Shown piece by piece: positions 47,188 through 60,834 of a DNA stretch of 64,000 nt. Origin of the DNA: Fimicolochytrium jonesii (taxonomy: Eukaryota); contig NW_026515680.1 of NCBI RefSeq assembly GCF_025526975.1, positions 62,001-126,000 of the forward strand. Direction: 5' to 3'. The notes beneath the pieces are model-generated. The model was given only the letters and a program-made list of their open reading frames with translations, was not told the origin of the DNA and did not search any database. How positions within the stretch are numbered: position 1 is the stretch's first letter; each line of letters begins with the position of its first letter. A program made the translations under genes and the position numbers.

Positions 47188-49130
47188 ATGGGCAAAGGAA
47201 AGCGTGCCCATTTCGATTCGTCCCGGCCTCCCGTCTCGTCGGCGGACTTGCTGTCCAAGGTGGACAACTACAGCCACGACACGCTGTACTCCGTCCTCGA
47301 TGACGCTTCTATCGAGGACCTGTTGCTCCACGAAGTAGCTGCCGCTCCGGCCGCCGACCCTGGAACACCCGTGTTCAACAGCAAAGGGCACAAAACTTCC
47401 GAAAAGAAGAACGTCGCCACGGCGGCTGTAGGCAAATTCGATGATATCTTTGCGCATGAGAAGAGTCCCTCGGATGCCCATGCCTCGGAGCACTTGCTCG
47501 AGGAGACGCCGTACGGTGTGCTCATGACGACGTACATGTCGTACTTCTTCTTGATTATTTTTGGCCACATCCGCGATTTCTTTGGGATGAGGTTTAGGAA
47601 GGAGGAGTATGCGCATTTGAGCACGCGCGATGGGTTTGCGGCCTTGAACTCTGGGTTTGACACGTTCTACCAGCGGAGGCTGTACAGGAGGATTAGGGAT
47701 GTGTTCAACCGTCCCATCACAAATGTCCCCGGTAGGACGGTGACGCTTCTAGAGCGTACGAGCGATGACTTTAACAAAACCTTCAAGTATGTATATGCAT
47801 TTGAGGACTGAGAAGCACTGTTTTGTCGTAGAGATCACGTTGGCTAATCCCACGTCCACCCTTTTTCCCAGGCTCACCGGCAACACCAACGAAGTACTGA
47901 ACCTGTCCTCCTACAACTACCTCGGTTTCGCACAAGCCGAAGGCCCCTGCGCCGACGAAGTCGAAACCACCATCCGCAAATACGGCGTCGGCGCCTCCTC
48001 TAGCCGCAACGAAGCCGGCACTTCCGACCTCCACATCGAGACCGAAGCCCTCGTCGCACGCTTCGTCGGCCACGAAGCCGCCATGCTCGTATCCATGGGT
48101 TTCGCGACCAACTCCACCACTATCCCCGCGCTGGTCTCCAAGGGCTGCCTGATCATCAGTGACGAGCTGAACCATGCGAGTTTGATCTACGGGTGCAGGA
48201 TCTCGGGTGCGCCGATCAAGACGTTTAAGCATAATGACCCGCAGGATTTGGAGAAGGTGTTGAGGCAGGCTATTGCACAGGGTCAGCCGCGGACGCATAG
48301 GCCGTGGAAGAAGATTTTGGTTATTGTTGAGGGGTTGTACTCGATGGAGGGCAGTATCTGCAACTTGCCTGGGATTGTGGCTCTCAAGAAGAAGTATAAG
48401 GTGTGTATCATTCGGCAGCCATTAGAGCGTGCAATGGAACACGAGTAATAACCAACTCCTTGTCTCCTCCCCCCAGTTCTACCTCTACGTCGACGAGGCC
48501 CACTCCATCGGCGCCCTCGGCCCCAACGGCCGCGGCGTCTGCGACTACTTCGGCATCGACCCCCTCGACATCGACATTCTCATGGGCACCTTCACCAAAT
48601 CCTTCGGCGCAGCCGGCGGTTACATCTGCTCCTCCCGCGCCATAATCGACATTATCCGCCTCCACTCCTTCTCCTCCGTCTACGCCGAATCCATCACCCC
48701 GCCCATCCTCCAACAGATCCACACATCCATGCGTATCATCGCGGGGGACGCGCATGCACCCGAGGGACGGCGTCGTGTGGCCCAGTTGGCAAGGAACGCC
48801 CGTTTCTTTTCCGCCCAGTTGCGTAAAATGGGATTCATCGTCTACGGTGACGCCGACTCGCCCGTCGTGCCGCTGTTGCTCTTCCACCCGGCCAAGATCC
48901 CGGCCTTCTCTCGCGCGATGCTCGAGAGGGGCATTGCGGTGGTGGTGGTGGGTTACCCCGCGACGCCGATTATCACATCGCGGGTGAGGTTTTGTCTGTC
49001 GGCGGCGCATACGATTGAGGACTTGGTGTATGCGTTGAAGATGATTAGTGAGGTGGGGGATGAGATGGTGTTGAAGGTTAGCCGGGTTAATCAGGGGCAG
49101 CAGCCGCATCGGTTGTTGCTGGAGGAGTAA
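47188..49130 (+). CDS. LCB2: Serine palmitoyltransferase subunit 2
   Basis: [79 protein letters not shown]-lysine motif [24 protein letters not shown]. Two introns. Confidence 0.97.
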
Positions 49131-49395
49131 AAAGGTGGGGTTGAGAGTTGGATGGGGTTGCGGAAGTGGTTTTGTATAAGCTTTGACTTGGTCCCTCTTT
49201 TTGTATTGCATACCATCAAGCACAAATATTACTGTTAATCTCGCAACCAACTTGCAAACATCGACGGCTTGAGTATGATCCAGTGTTTTGCCAATCCCAA
49301 TAAATACATCGCTTTCGCACAGCAAAAGGTCCATCGTCCCTCGTGCCGCCCGAGCAGACCCATAGACATCCCTCTGCTTTCCCTCCCACCCGAAA

Positions 49396-50055
49396 TCAAG
49401 CAGAAATCCCCCACTGCTGCCTATACCTCTTAATACTCTCCACATGCGCCTCATACCCCCCCACCTCCTCCAAATACTCCACCACATGATCCAGCGTCAC
49501 AATCGCCACCACCGGAACCCCATACTCCCTCTCAACCTGCTGAATGGCACTCAACTCGGTCCCATTCCCCTTCTCCCTCCGATCCAACGCAATCAACACC
49601 CCGCTCAACACCGCCTGCTCGGACTGCAGGATAGCGAAGGATTCCCGGATCGCAGTCCCGGCCGTGATCACGTCGTCGATGATGACCACCCGTGCGTTTT
49701 TCAGCGGCGACCCGACGATGACCCCCCCTTCGCCGTGATCCTTCTTCTCCTTCCGATTAAACGCATACGGCACATCCGTGCCCTGGCCCTTGTACATCGC
49801 GATCGCCGCGGCGGCCACTAGCGGGATCCCCTTGTACGCCGGGCCGAACAGGATGGTGTAGTTCAGCAGGGAGGCGTTGTCGGCGAGGGCGGCTGCGTAG
49901 AATTCGCCGATTTGGGCGAGGGCAGCGCCGGTGTTGAAGAGGCCGGCGTTGAAGAAGTAGGGGGATGTGCGGCCGGATTTGAGGGTGAAGGAGCCGAAGG
50001 TGAGGACTTTGTGGTGGATTGCGAAGGCGAGGAAGGATTTTTGGTAGGGTTTCAT
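49396..50055 (-). CDS. URA5: Orotate phosphoribosyltransferase
   Basis: [49 protein letters not shown]-binding [13 protein letters not shown]. Intronless. Confidence 0.97.
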   Translation of the reverse strand: MKPYQKSFLAFAIHHKVLTFGSFTLKSGRTSPYFFNAGLFNTGAALAQIGEFYAAALADNASLLNYTILFGPAYKGIPLVAAAAIAMYKGQGTDVPYAFNRKEKKDHGEGGVIVGSPLKNARVVIIDDVITAGTAIRESFAILQSEQAVLSGVLIALDRREKGNGTELSAIQQVEREYGVPVVAIVTLDHVVEYLEEVGGYEAHVESIKRYRQQWGISA

Positions 50056-50590
50056 TTTTGAATAGAAGGGTGGGGTGAAATGAGGCGAGAGGGTGGGAGT
50101 GGGAGTAAGGGTGCTGGGAGCGACGGAGTTGACTGGACTGCACTGAGTGTATGTGCTGTGTGTGCTGTGTGTGCTGCGACCAGTGGTTTGCAGTGGGATG
50201 CTGCCGGGCGGGAGGTTCGCAAAAGAGAAGCTGGGGAAGACGCAGGGTCTCAGCAGAATTTGAATGCTTGTCCGACATCCCAGAACCACACGGTGATTTC
50301 CGCTGGATTTCCGGGCTCATACATAGATAGCACTGCACCAACACACCGCCATAGACCCATAACATAGCCCTCATATTGCGCAATAGAGGCTGCAACGTCT
50401 AGGGTATCGACAAACCACAAGCATCGGATTTCACTTACAACACAGCCCGGCGGAAACATTGGCAAGGGCTCTAAGATCATCGCAGCCTTTTGCGAAACGC
50501 AACGAGGGAAACAGTGGAAGGGAGGGGAAGGAGAAACAAGGGGCGCCGCTCGCATCACCCCGTATCAGCAGGCTTGGTGCCTGAAGAACC

Positions 50591-52816
50591 ATGGCGCCGC
50601 TCAATATCTGGTGGGTGTCGCTTCGGAGAGCCAAGAACGGTTCTGGGCAGACTGGCTGAGACTATTCCAAATAGCATGGTCTCCGACTTTTTCTATCCGA
50701 ATATGGGAGGCGTGGAAGCGCATATCTACCATTTGTCGCAGCGGCTCGTGCGGAGGGGGCATAAGGTAGGGAGTGGATGTCTTTCGCAAGGCTTTGAGAA
50801 AAGCGTATTAGCGAACCGAGGGGTTCATTCAAGAAAGAGAGGGCTAATGCAACGATGGAATGAGGACAGGTGATTATCGTAACGCACAACTACGGCCAAC
50901 GCGTCGGCATCCGCTACCTCACTTCCGGCGTCAAAGTGTACCACGTCCCGCACTGGCTGGTGGTGGACCAGGTCTCGCTGCCGACCGTGTACGGGTTCTT
51001 TCCGCTGTTTCGGTACATTGTTGTCAGGGAACGGATTGATGTTGTGCACGGGCATGGGGTGAGATGGGGGGGAACCGCCAATGGGTTGCGCGTTTGGAGG
51101 AACTCACCCTTGCGATTGATGCACGCAGGCCTTCTCGGCAATGTGCCACGAAGCGATCCTGCACGCGCGCACAATGGGCATCAGCGCCTGTTTCACCGAC
51201 CACTCTTTGTTCGGGTTCGAGGACGCCAGCAGCATCCTCACCAACAAGTTACTGAAATTCACGCTGTCGGATATCGATCATGTCATTTGCGTCTCACATA
51301 CGAGGTTAGTTCTTCTCTCGTGTGGGGATTGTAGAGTTGGGGAAATGAATCTCATCCTCTCAGCAAGGAAAACACGGTGTTGAGGGCCTGTCTGGATCCT
51401 TTGAACGTCTCTGTTATCCCGAACGCGGTCGTTGCGGCTGATTTTACGCCGGATGTGTCTAAGCGGCGGCCGGGGAATGGTGAATAAGTCTCCAAGATCC
51501 GTTCACCAATGTATCAAGGGTCGCTGATTCGGTTATTTTTCAGTCACTGTGGTGGTTGCGAGTCGGCTCGTGTACCGTAAAGGCGTCGACCTGCTGGTCT
51601 CGGTCGTGCCCCTGATCTGCTCCAAGTTTCCCGACGTTGATTTCCTCATCGGTAAGTGCTTGCCGTCCCCATATCCCCTTCCACATTCGCCGCCTCAAAT
51701 GCATTCATAAACATGGTTTCGCTAAATTGTCTAATGGCAGCTGGCGATGGGCCGAAACGCGTCGACCTAGAACGGATGCGGGAAAAGTTCGGCCTGCAAG
51801 ACCGGGTGCGCATGCTTGGCGCCGTATCGCATGCTCAAGTGCGGAGTGTAAGTTTTCTCCACGGCCTATACAGTTCCTCCAGCGCCATCTCGAATTCTGA
51901 TGTCTCACGATCTTCATATTCGTAACAGGTTCTCGTCCAAGGCCATGTGTTTCTCAACACGTCGTTGACAGAGGCGTTCTGTATTGCTATTGTTGAGGCG
52001 GCTTGTTGCGGGTATGGCCTGTCGCTTTGGGGGGCTACTCTTTGGGGCTGAGAGCATGCGAAATAACACATTTTCTTTGTTGATATACGCGGCAGCTTGC
52101 TGGTGGTAACAACAAAAGTCGGCGGAGTTCCCGAGGTGCTGCCAGATCATATGGTCCGCTTTGCCGTCCCGGAGGTTCATTGTACGTACATCACTCAAAC
52201 TTTTCCCCCCGTCCCTCGTCTCACACTCTGTCACATTCTGGGACTTTCTTTGGACAGCATTGTCAACCTCCCTAGCAGACGCCATCACCACCGTGCGCAC
52301 CCACCCCCCCGACCCCTGGCGCTTCCACGAGGAAGTCAAGATGATGTACGACTGGACGGACGTCGCCGAGCGGACCGAGATGGTGTATAAGTTGATCATG
52401 GTGGATCCGCAGGTGTCGCTTATGGAGCGGTTCCATAGGTATGGGTGTATCATATCGCCCGTCCAGATTCAGCACGTGTTCACCCACCCATGCGTGATGA
52501 TGTGTTTTGCAGATTCTACGACTGCGGCGCCGTCGCCGGCATCCTCTCCTGCATGATCATCGCGGTCGACTACCTCTTCTTCCTCTTTCTCGAGTGGTTC
52601 GTCCCCCGGTCGTCTGTGGATGTTGCTGAGGCGTTGGATTATGATAGGTTTTTGACGATGTGTAGGATGAATGTTGGCCGGGGGAGATGTAGTTGGGTGG
52701 AGGTGCCGGCGGCTGATGGGGAGGAGGAGGACGAGGGGGAGGGTGGGCTGGGGAGGCGTGCTACGGAAGATGCGAGGCGGACGGATCGGGATGGGAGGGA
52801 GGCGGAGGTTGGCTGA
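50591..52816 (+). CDS. GPI3: GPI-GlcNAc transferase catalytic subunit (PIG-A/GPI3/SPT14)
   Basis: [105 protein letters not shown] and a C-terminal TM helix. About 9 introns. Confidence 0.96.
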
Positions 52817-53179
52817 TGAGAGGAAGGGTGTTTGCTGACCTTTTGCGATTGGGACGTTGATACATCTGCCCCTCACTTTTTCCATCGCGTAGAGGGCCTT
52901 TTTTTGGGTTTAGCATGTGTATTCGTAACACGAACATACAATGGTCATCTGTTACTTGTGCGTTCCGTGCTACCATTCCCATTGGGGTTTTTTCTTACAG
53001 TTCCATGTTATTAAGTTATAGTTTAGGAAAGACCTATGCAAAAGATGTCGCCCCTAAAAGGCGCTTCAACACACCCATGGGGACTAGGATGCGCAGATGG
53101 GAGTGTGCGTGGATTCTTACGCCGGAGTGCACGCAAGCATATATTGGACAAAATATATACCATGGGTGGGAGTCTATAT

Positions 53180-54304
53180 CTAGTAAGGCTTGAAGCGCCG
53201 GCTGGCTTTAAGGGCCTGAATGCGTAGCTTGTCTTCTTCGAATTTGCGGCGCAGGTCCGCGAGTTCTGTGAGGGAGGAGAAGGATGGTTACAATCCGAGA
53301 AGGGAAACCCAAAAGAAAAAGCGGATTCACAGCTACTCACGATTCCGTTTACTCTCGCGCATCTGAAACCGATAAAAGTCAACCAGCTCCAGCTTCTTCG
53401 GCTTGAGTTTCTTGACCTCCTCCGGCCGCGCAGCCGTCACGCTCGCGCCCTGACCGTCCACGTTCACATTGCGTTTCCCGCGGCCACGGACGACGGTCAC
53501 GAAGCCGTCCTCGTCGGGGACGTTGCGTTTGTTCTCGGCGGCGAGACGGGCGTCCCTTTCCGCGTCTTCGAAGGCGACGAGCGTCGTGTCGGTTTCTTGT
53601 TGCAGGGTGGCAAGGTTGGGTCGTGCCAAGGCGTGCTGGTGCAGCCATTTGGAGAGGCCGTGGAGGGCTGGCGCTGCTTCGGTGGTGACGGATTCGTCAC
53701 CCGCTTCTTCGGCTTCGTCGGCAGCGTCGGACCATACCCTCCGTCTTGCTTTCATGCCCACCGCCCTTGCGACCGCCTCCCGGTCCGTGAATATGATATG
53801 CGCATTCGACCCCGACTTATGCACGCCTCCTATTCCATTCCCGTTCCCGTGTTTCTCGTCATGCCATACAACCCGCTCGATCCTCCCACACCGCCTAAAC
53901 AGCCTCGCAAAATGCCTCTCGGAGGCGTCCGCAGGCACATTCACCGCAAACAGCGCCCGGCCGGCGGGTAATGCGTCGTCGGCTTTTTTGCCCTCGTGGG
54001 CTCGTATGAACATTTCGTGGGTTACTTCGATGAGAGTTGTGGGGATGGTGCGGGTGGTGGTGGTGAAGGAGGTGAGGGGTTCCGTTGCGACGGCGAGAGG
54101 GGGCATGGTTATGGGCAGGACTTTAAATTGGCCGAATTGGGCGAGACCGGCTGGTGCTGGTGCTCGTGCTGACGCTGCTGGGGTAGGTTTTTGTTCCATT
54201 GAGTGCGGCATTGCGACCTGTGCGGACTGCTCGTCGTCCTGCTGGTTGTCAGTGGTTGACTTCTTTGATAGTTTGCGTTGCTTGTTCGCCTTTGCCTTCC
54301 CCAT
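53180..54304 (-). CDS. RRP7: Ribosomal RNA-processing protein 7
   Basis: RALFAVNVP RRM-like N-domain, VPDEDGFVTVVRG, DFYRFQMRESKRN|QLADLRRKFEEDKLRIQALKASRRFKPY*. Confidence 0.95.
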
Positions 54305-54509
54305 GTTTGCCCACGGGAGTCCAACTGGGGGCTTTTGCGAAAAAAGAGTGCAGGTGGGAACTCTGCGCGACACCGTGCGGGAGAGGACATGTCCATATTC
54401 AACTCGTTGGCATAACTCAAAAGACACACCCACACATCCTCGCAGCCCCGCATAGGCTATATATACATACACAAATCAATCAGGGCATTCATTACTCACT
54501 GCTAGCAAC

Positions 54510-56723
54510 ATGTCCGACGACGACGATTTCATGGTAGAAGAGTTTAGCACCCTGATCTCCCGTTACATTTACATGCCTACTTATAGTTCCCGCTTCCCCA
54601 TCTCAGCACGATGACGACGAGGAAGAGGAAGACTTTGACTTTGACTACGAGGATGAAGACGAAGAGGAGCCTGATGCCGACCTCGAGAATAAATACTACA
54701 GCGCCAAGGGTATACCTCATGTCCGGGGCATGTGAAAGTGGTGATCTTGCCTGACACCAGGGATATAGGACACAAGGAGGACGACCCTGCGGCAGCATTG
54801 AAGGAATTTAGAGCGGTCGTGGCAGCGGAGGAGGAGAAGGGGGAATGGTACGCTCAAGGCTGAGATGTGAAAACCATTGGCGATGTCCTTACTCGATCGC
54901 GTTGGCAGGGGGTTCAAGGCGCTGAAGCAGATGGTCAAGATATCGTTCCTACAGAGCGATTACCAGGCGGTAGGAGAAGAGGCGGTCGATTGCATCGGCA
55001 TCGTCGAAGCTTCCCACACGATCTGACTCCGAATCACTCACTCTGCAGACATTGAAATACTACCACGAGCTCATAACATACATCAAGAGCGCCGTGACAC
55101 GGAACTACAGCGAAAAGAGCATCAACAACATCCTCGATTTCGTGTCGGTGTCGAATGATATGGCGTTTTTGGAAGAGTTTTACTCGGTCACGTTGGCGAC
55201 GTTGGAGGAGGCGAAGAATGAGGTGATTTGCGGGAGGGGAGATATGTCGTCGACTCTCACCGAGGGTCTTCGAGCACAACCTAACGCCTGGAACCTTCTT
55301 CCAGCGGTTATGGACCAAAACGAATCTGAAGCTGGCAAAGCTGTGGTTAGACCGGCAGGAATATGGACGACTGAACAAGGTACGGCGTGGAGGAGCCCTG
55401 AAGTGATGGTGAGATTGGCAGGTTGATTCACACATGACATTCCAGATCTTAAGGCAGCTCCACCGATCATGTCAAAACGACGACGGAACCGATGATCAGA
55501 AAAAGGGGACCTTACTCCTCGAGATTTTCGCCTTGGAAATCCAGATGTACACCGAAACGAAAAACAACAAGAAGCTGAAAGTAGGAGGCTGAACAACGAC
55601 TAGCGACGAGGGTATATGTGATTTTTGGAGAGCTAACCGCCCCTTATCCCCCTGGAACAGGCTCTATACCAACAATGCTTGCACGTCAAGTCTGCCATTC
55701 CACATCCTCGCATCATGGGTTCGTGATCGTGTATTTCTCAGGCGCCACTTCCGCCCCCGCATGCCAGCTAACCATGTATATGACCCTATGCAGGCGTCAT
55801 TCGCGAATGTGGCGGCAAGATGCACATGGGAGAAAGTACGTGCGCAACGCTGATTGTTGCGGTGCACCGGGAGTATGCACGGTACTAATGTCTGTTCTCT
55901 CATCGTCAACAGAGGAGTGGGAGAAAGCACAAGTGGATTTCTTCGAGGCGTTCAAGAACTATGATGAGGCAGGAGATCCACAACGTATCCAGTGTCTAAA
56001 GTAAGTGGGGAAGACTTCAGACCCTGTCGTGCGCTGAGAGTGCACCGCCCTGTTGTTTGAACCTAACGATTCTGTCACAAACAGATACCTAGTCCTAGCA
56101 AACATGCTAATGGAGTCCCAAATCAACCCATTCGATTCCCAAGAAACCAAACCCTACAAAAGCGACCCACAAATCGTCGCCATGACCGACATGGTCAACG
56201 CCTACCAGCGCAAGGAGCTGCCCGAGGTCGAAAAGATCCTGCGCACCAACAAGGACACCATCCTCGGCGACCCGTTTATCCGCACCTACATCGACGATGT
56301 GCTTAAGAATATCCGCACGCAGGTGCTGATTGAGCTTATCAGGCCGTATACGAGGATTGAGCTTGCTTTTGTGTCTAAGGTAGGGGTTGCTGTGAGCGTG
56401 TCCTGCGAATGTTGAGAGATTGATGTGGACTTTCTTTTGGTAACCAGCAACTGAATATATCAACGGACGAGGTGGAAGACCTCCTCGTGAATCTGATCCT
56501 GGACAGCAAAGTCGACGGCCGGATTGACCAGGTCAATCAGCGGCTCGAGTTGCATTCACAGTAAGTCCATTTTTGTGTCGCCCTTTGGTCTGTAAGAATC
56601 AGATTACTCACCTGGCATTTCGGCAGGTCCACGAACACACTGCACTACAACGGCCTAGATAAATGGTCCAAGAACGTGGGCGGGCTGTACACGTCGTGCA
56701 TACATAAAGTGACCGTCATCTAA
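54510..56723 (+). CDS. CSN2: COP9 signalosome subunit 2
   Basis: [125 protein letters not shown]. More than 10 introns. Confidence 0.97.
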
Positions 56724-57050
56724 ACGGCCAACGAGCGAGCCTGCTTCTCACATTGCACATAGCCTCCTTTTTCATGTTTGGGAGTTCATCTTCCCCATCC
56801 TGCACAATTGTACAAAGAAATTCTGGTTCCACATTTCGATCCTCGCCACATTTCGGGATCCCCTCGACCGGATGAATGAATTGTGAAGGGAGATCATGAC
56901 ATTCCGAGGGGGGCGAAACATGGGGGCACCACCATTTCATTTTGGGATTCACTACACACCCCAAAAACACACCCTCCCCTATCCGCCATTCACGGGCGCC
57001 TATCATTCACCACAATGCCATCTTCCCCCTCCCCCCTTGTTCTTCATCCC

Positions 57051-60000
57051 TCACACAGGCGCAGCCTCATTATACTCCCCACCCTCATTTACCACGGCGC
57101 CGTTGACCGCGTACTGCACCTTGTAGCGTACACGGAGGGGTTCCTGCAAACCAATCACAATGCGTTACCAAAACCGAAAAAAAAAGGGGGGGGGGGGGGG
57201 GTGCGGTAGGTTGGAGGTGGAGGGGGGGGGGGGGGGGGAGAAGGCCAACGATTTTTACCTTGCCGGGATTAACGATATGCATGCCCTGGGTGACCTGCGC
57301 CTGGTTCAACGGCGGGACAAGCGTTCCCGACGCCGTTTCCATATGTAACGTCATCGACTGAGCAAATGACCGAAATCAATTTCTCATCCAACAGCGGGGG
57401 GGAAAAAAAACCGGCGAATATGACAAGCGGTACCTTGGGAGCAGCGACCTGGAACGTCAGATCGGTGAACGGCACCGGGGTGACGTTGATGAACACGGCC
57501 GTAGCGGCCCACGCGTTGCCTTTCCAGAGGAGGCGGTATTTGATCTGGAGGCCGTTTTTGTCGTGCAGCATGACTGGCGAGGTGGGTGCATGAGTTGGGG
57601 TGGGGGAAGATCGGTTGGTTCCTTAAGACGCGGGGGACGTACCTTCCTTCCTCTGCTGCTGCACGGGCGGCGTTCCAGGGATGGTACCAGGGGGCGGGGT
57701 TCCCGGGGCCGACGAGGTGCTTGCTACAACAAGCATGGAATCCATCAATGAATACATAAGCACGGGACTCGGGACCTGAGGGTTCATCCCGAACGCTCGA
57801 CTTTTTTCCACCAAACCAACCTTGGATCCCAGCAAGCTTACCAAACAAATCCACGCCCGCAAACGGGTCCGGCTTCTGCTGCTGCTGCGGCTGCTGTTGT
57901 TGCTGCACATTATACACAGGCGGGGTGCCCGGGAAGGCCGTCGGTGTCCCCCACGCATTACTCCCCTGTCCTTGTTGTGGCTGTTGTTGGGGGCGGGAAC
58001 CAAATCCTTGCTGCGGTTGTTGTGGTTGGAAGCCCAAACCGCCCAGCCCCGAAAAGGCGTTGGATTGCAGCGGGGGCGTGGAGAAGCCTTGTGGCGGGGT
58101 GGAGAAACCTTGTGGGGGCGTGGAGAAGCCCTGCACGCCCGGTTGGGCGAGGTAGGACGCGGGCTGCTGGTGGGGGAAGGGGGCGGCGGTTTGGAGGGGC
58201 GGGGTTTGCGTTGTCGGTGTCTATCAAATAGTCACAATATCCCATCCGTCAGGGCCACATTCCCCCGGGTACGCACCGAGTCATGGATTAAGACATTTAC
58301 CGAAAAGTTCAAATCACCCAATGCATCCATCAGACTCCCAAACCCGCCGCCGCCTGACGGCGCAGCAGCGGGTTTGGAAACAGTCGACGCGGCCATCAAC
58401 CCCGCCGCGGCGCCCGGGCTGACGGCGGGACCCGGTGCGCCCCAGTCGTCGAGGTCGATGAGGCTGATGCCGGTGTCTGGTGGTTTGGTCGGGGATGTTG
58501 TGTTTGGCTGGGCGGGTCTTTGAAACAAGTGGGATGTCATTTCGTTGCAGGAAAAGAGGGTGTCGATGACACGGAGGGTGGTGAAAAACCATACCTTGCA
58601 TCGCCACCCTGTATCGGCTTCCCAGCCTTGAAATCCGCATGTTTGTTGATAACCGTATTAATGAGATCATTCGTCTCGAGCAACCGTCCTGCCAAAAAAA
58701 AAAAAAATAACCCCCCATCAGTCCCCATGCCCCCTTCAACCCCATCTCCCCTCACGCTCATCGAAACGCACCCATCCGCTCATCATCATCCCCGTCACTA
58801 ATCAACTTCTGGATCCTGCTCTGCGCACTTTTGGCGCTCCCCAGGAGTTCCTCCATGGTCGAATCGTGTTTATGGCGGTCCTCGGGCTGTTTCTGGGTGA
58901 GGATGTCGTTGAGGAGGATAGCGCGCTGTTCGATGCGGTTGAGTTCTTCTTCGGCTTGTTTTTTGTAGTCGGGGATGCGTTCTGTGTCCTGTGCGACGCC
59001 GGATGATTAGCGGACTCTTTTGCGTTTTCTTTAGTGGGCGAAGACGGTGGACTTACGTAGCCAGACATGATTTTCATCAAATCGTTCGCCTGCTCAAGCG
59101 CGGCGGGGGTGCCCTGACGCAGCAATTCTTGTAGTTTCTACAACAATCCTCAATGAGAACTCCCTTCCCACGATCTCCCCCATCTCTCAAGGAAGTGGTA
59201 CTCACAGCACCCTGCGCCAGTTTATCCTCCTGCTCCAGCTCCTCTTGTGTCCGCAGAGTCTATAGAGGTGGAGAAAGCGTATTGTGATTCCATGAAATGC
59301 ATGTGTTCCAGACATCAGCAGTTGAAGATTCACGTACATTCGTCGGGTTGAGAGCTGCAGCGGCGTCTTTCGAAAGTGGCGGGAACCTATACCCTGTAGT
59401 CGAATCACAATCATATCAGCCTCGTCCACATCAGTCGGATATGATGGCATCGCATCACATACCCTTGTACGACAGTAATCGGTACATATCGTTGATATGC
59501 TTGAAATCCTCCTTGTACCGCGAAGTGACACATAGCGTCGCGTTCCATGTTTGCACGAGTTCGAGGATGCGGTGGTGGACGCTATTCGTCGTCTATGGGT
59601 AAGAAGCAAGCAAATGAGTGAGCATCGTAGACCGTCATATTGGGTTCCTTGAGCCATGTACGTACGGTAGGACGCTCCGGAAACCGTTTCACGAGCTCGT
59701 TCAGAAACTCTTTCGTGGCGATGATGAGGTGGAAAGGATACCCGCAGTTTTTCGTGCAGTAGTCCAAAAGCTGAGGTTGAGGAATGAGTATAGACGTACA
59801 GGATACGTTCCGTCATGGAGCTCATCTGACTTTTGTTGCACTCACCAATAATGCATGCATGGCAGTCTGTGTTCCACCTCTGTTGACATTCCGCACTATC
59901 GCGAATGCCGCTTCTCTGGGCCTAAATCGCACAAGGACGAGGAAACAAATGAACAGGACGCACTTGCAAGACTCTGAGCGTGATTTGATGTCACACTTCC

Positions 60001-60318
60001 CGAAAGTGCCGCAGAAATCAGACAGTTTGTAGATACTCACGAGCTTTTCCCTTTCTGATTGATGATATCGCAAATCTCCAGCATCAAAGGCACGTTTGGC
60101 TCTGACCAGTCGGTGTCACATGCCGAGTCTGTAAGCGAATAACCGGGTATTAGTTACTGTATCAGAGCTAGTTTCAGAGCCGGGTGACGCCAGTTCGGAA
60201 GATGGCGAAAGTGTCGAAGGGGATGGCCTCGGCAGGTTCTCATCGCTTCTCCTTCGAGGTCAAAGCTGTGAGTGGACCACTTGCCTACAAGCTGCTCCAT
60301 TGGCATAAAAGAAGTCAT
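57051..60318 (-). CDS. GGA: GGA adaptor protein (VHS-GAT-hinge-GAE)
   Basis: VHS: SACDTDWSEPNVPLMLEICDIIN, LLDYCTKNCGYPFHLIIATKEFLNELVKRFPERP. GAT: LRQGTPAALEQANDLMKIMSGY. Hinge with SLIDLDD clathrin box. GAE: TDLTFQVAAPK|SMTLHM...VTQGM|EPLRVRYKVQY. First intron is GC-AG. Confidence 0.93.
58073..58136 (-). repeat. 21-bp coding tandem repeat (QGFSTPP x3) in the GGA hinge
   Basis: Three copies of the QGFSTPP unit. Confidence 0.85.
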
Positions 60319-60834
60319 CTTGGCCGCGTGACGGTGTTTCAATGGCGCCAGGAAGCGAAATTCAAACGCAATGGCGGACAGTTGGGGCTGGTGTAAAGAG
60401 CCTCGAAAGAGCCTTGAGCGTTCCGGAGCGGCTACAGTGCAGTGTTATGTAGCCTGGAACGGAAGTGTGTTATGCGAAGGTGTATATAAGCGCGGGCGAG
60501 GGCAGACGGAAGCGGCGAGAAGGACATGCGGATGACGGCAGGAGGCGCTTCCCTCAGAAGAGTCAGAACCCTAACGGCTGCCGTCAGTCGCCCCTCCTCG
60601 CGACTGCCCAACTTGGGACCCTCAGAACGGAAGGGAACCTGGGGAGGCTGAGATCTACCCCCCCCCCACGACGACGGCTCTCGGCCACCTCGCACTCGAT
60701 ACAAGCTCCTACCGCACGGCACGGCAGTCTCTTCCTCCGTCATCCGGCTTGTGCTCGTGCTCCGTGGTGGTTGAAATAAGCGTCACAAGTCATCAACCCG
60801 CAGCATCTTAACGCGCCCGGACGTCGACATCGCA

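Noticed and set aside
57178..57238. Poly-A/poly-G runs as a G-quadruplex element
   Set aside because: Homopolymers in a GGA intron (C-rich on the sense strand); lengths are error-prone and there is no evidence of function.
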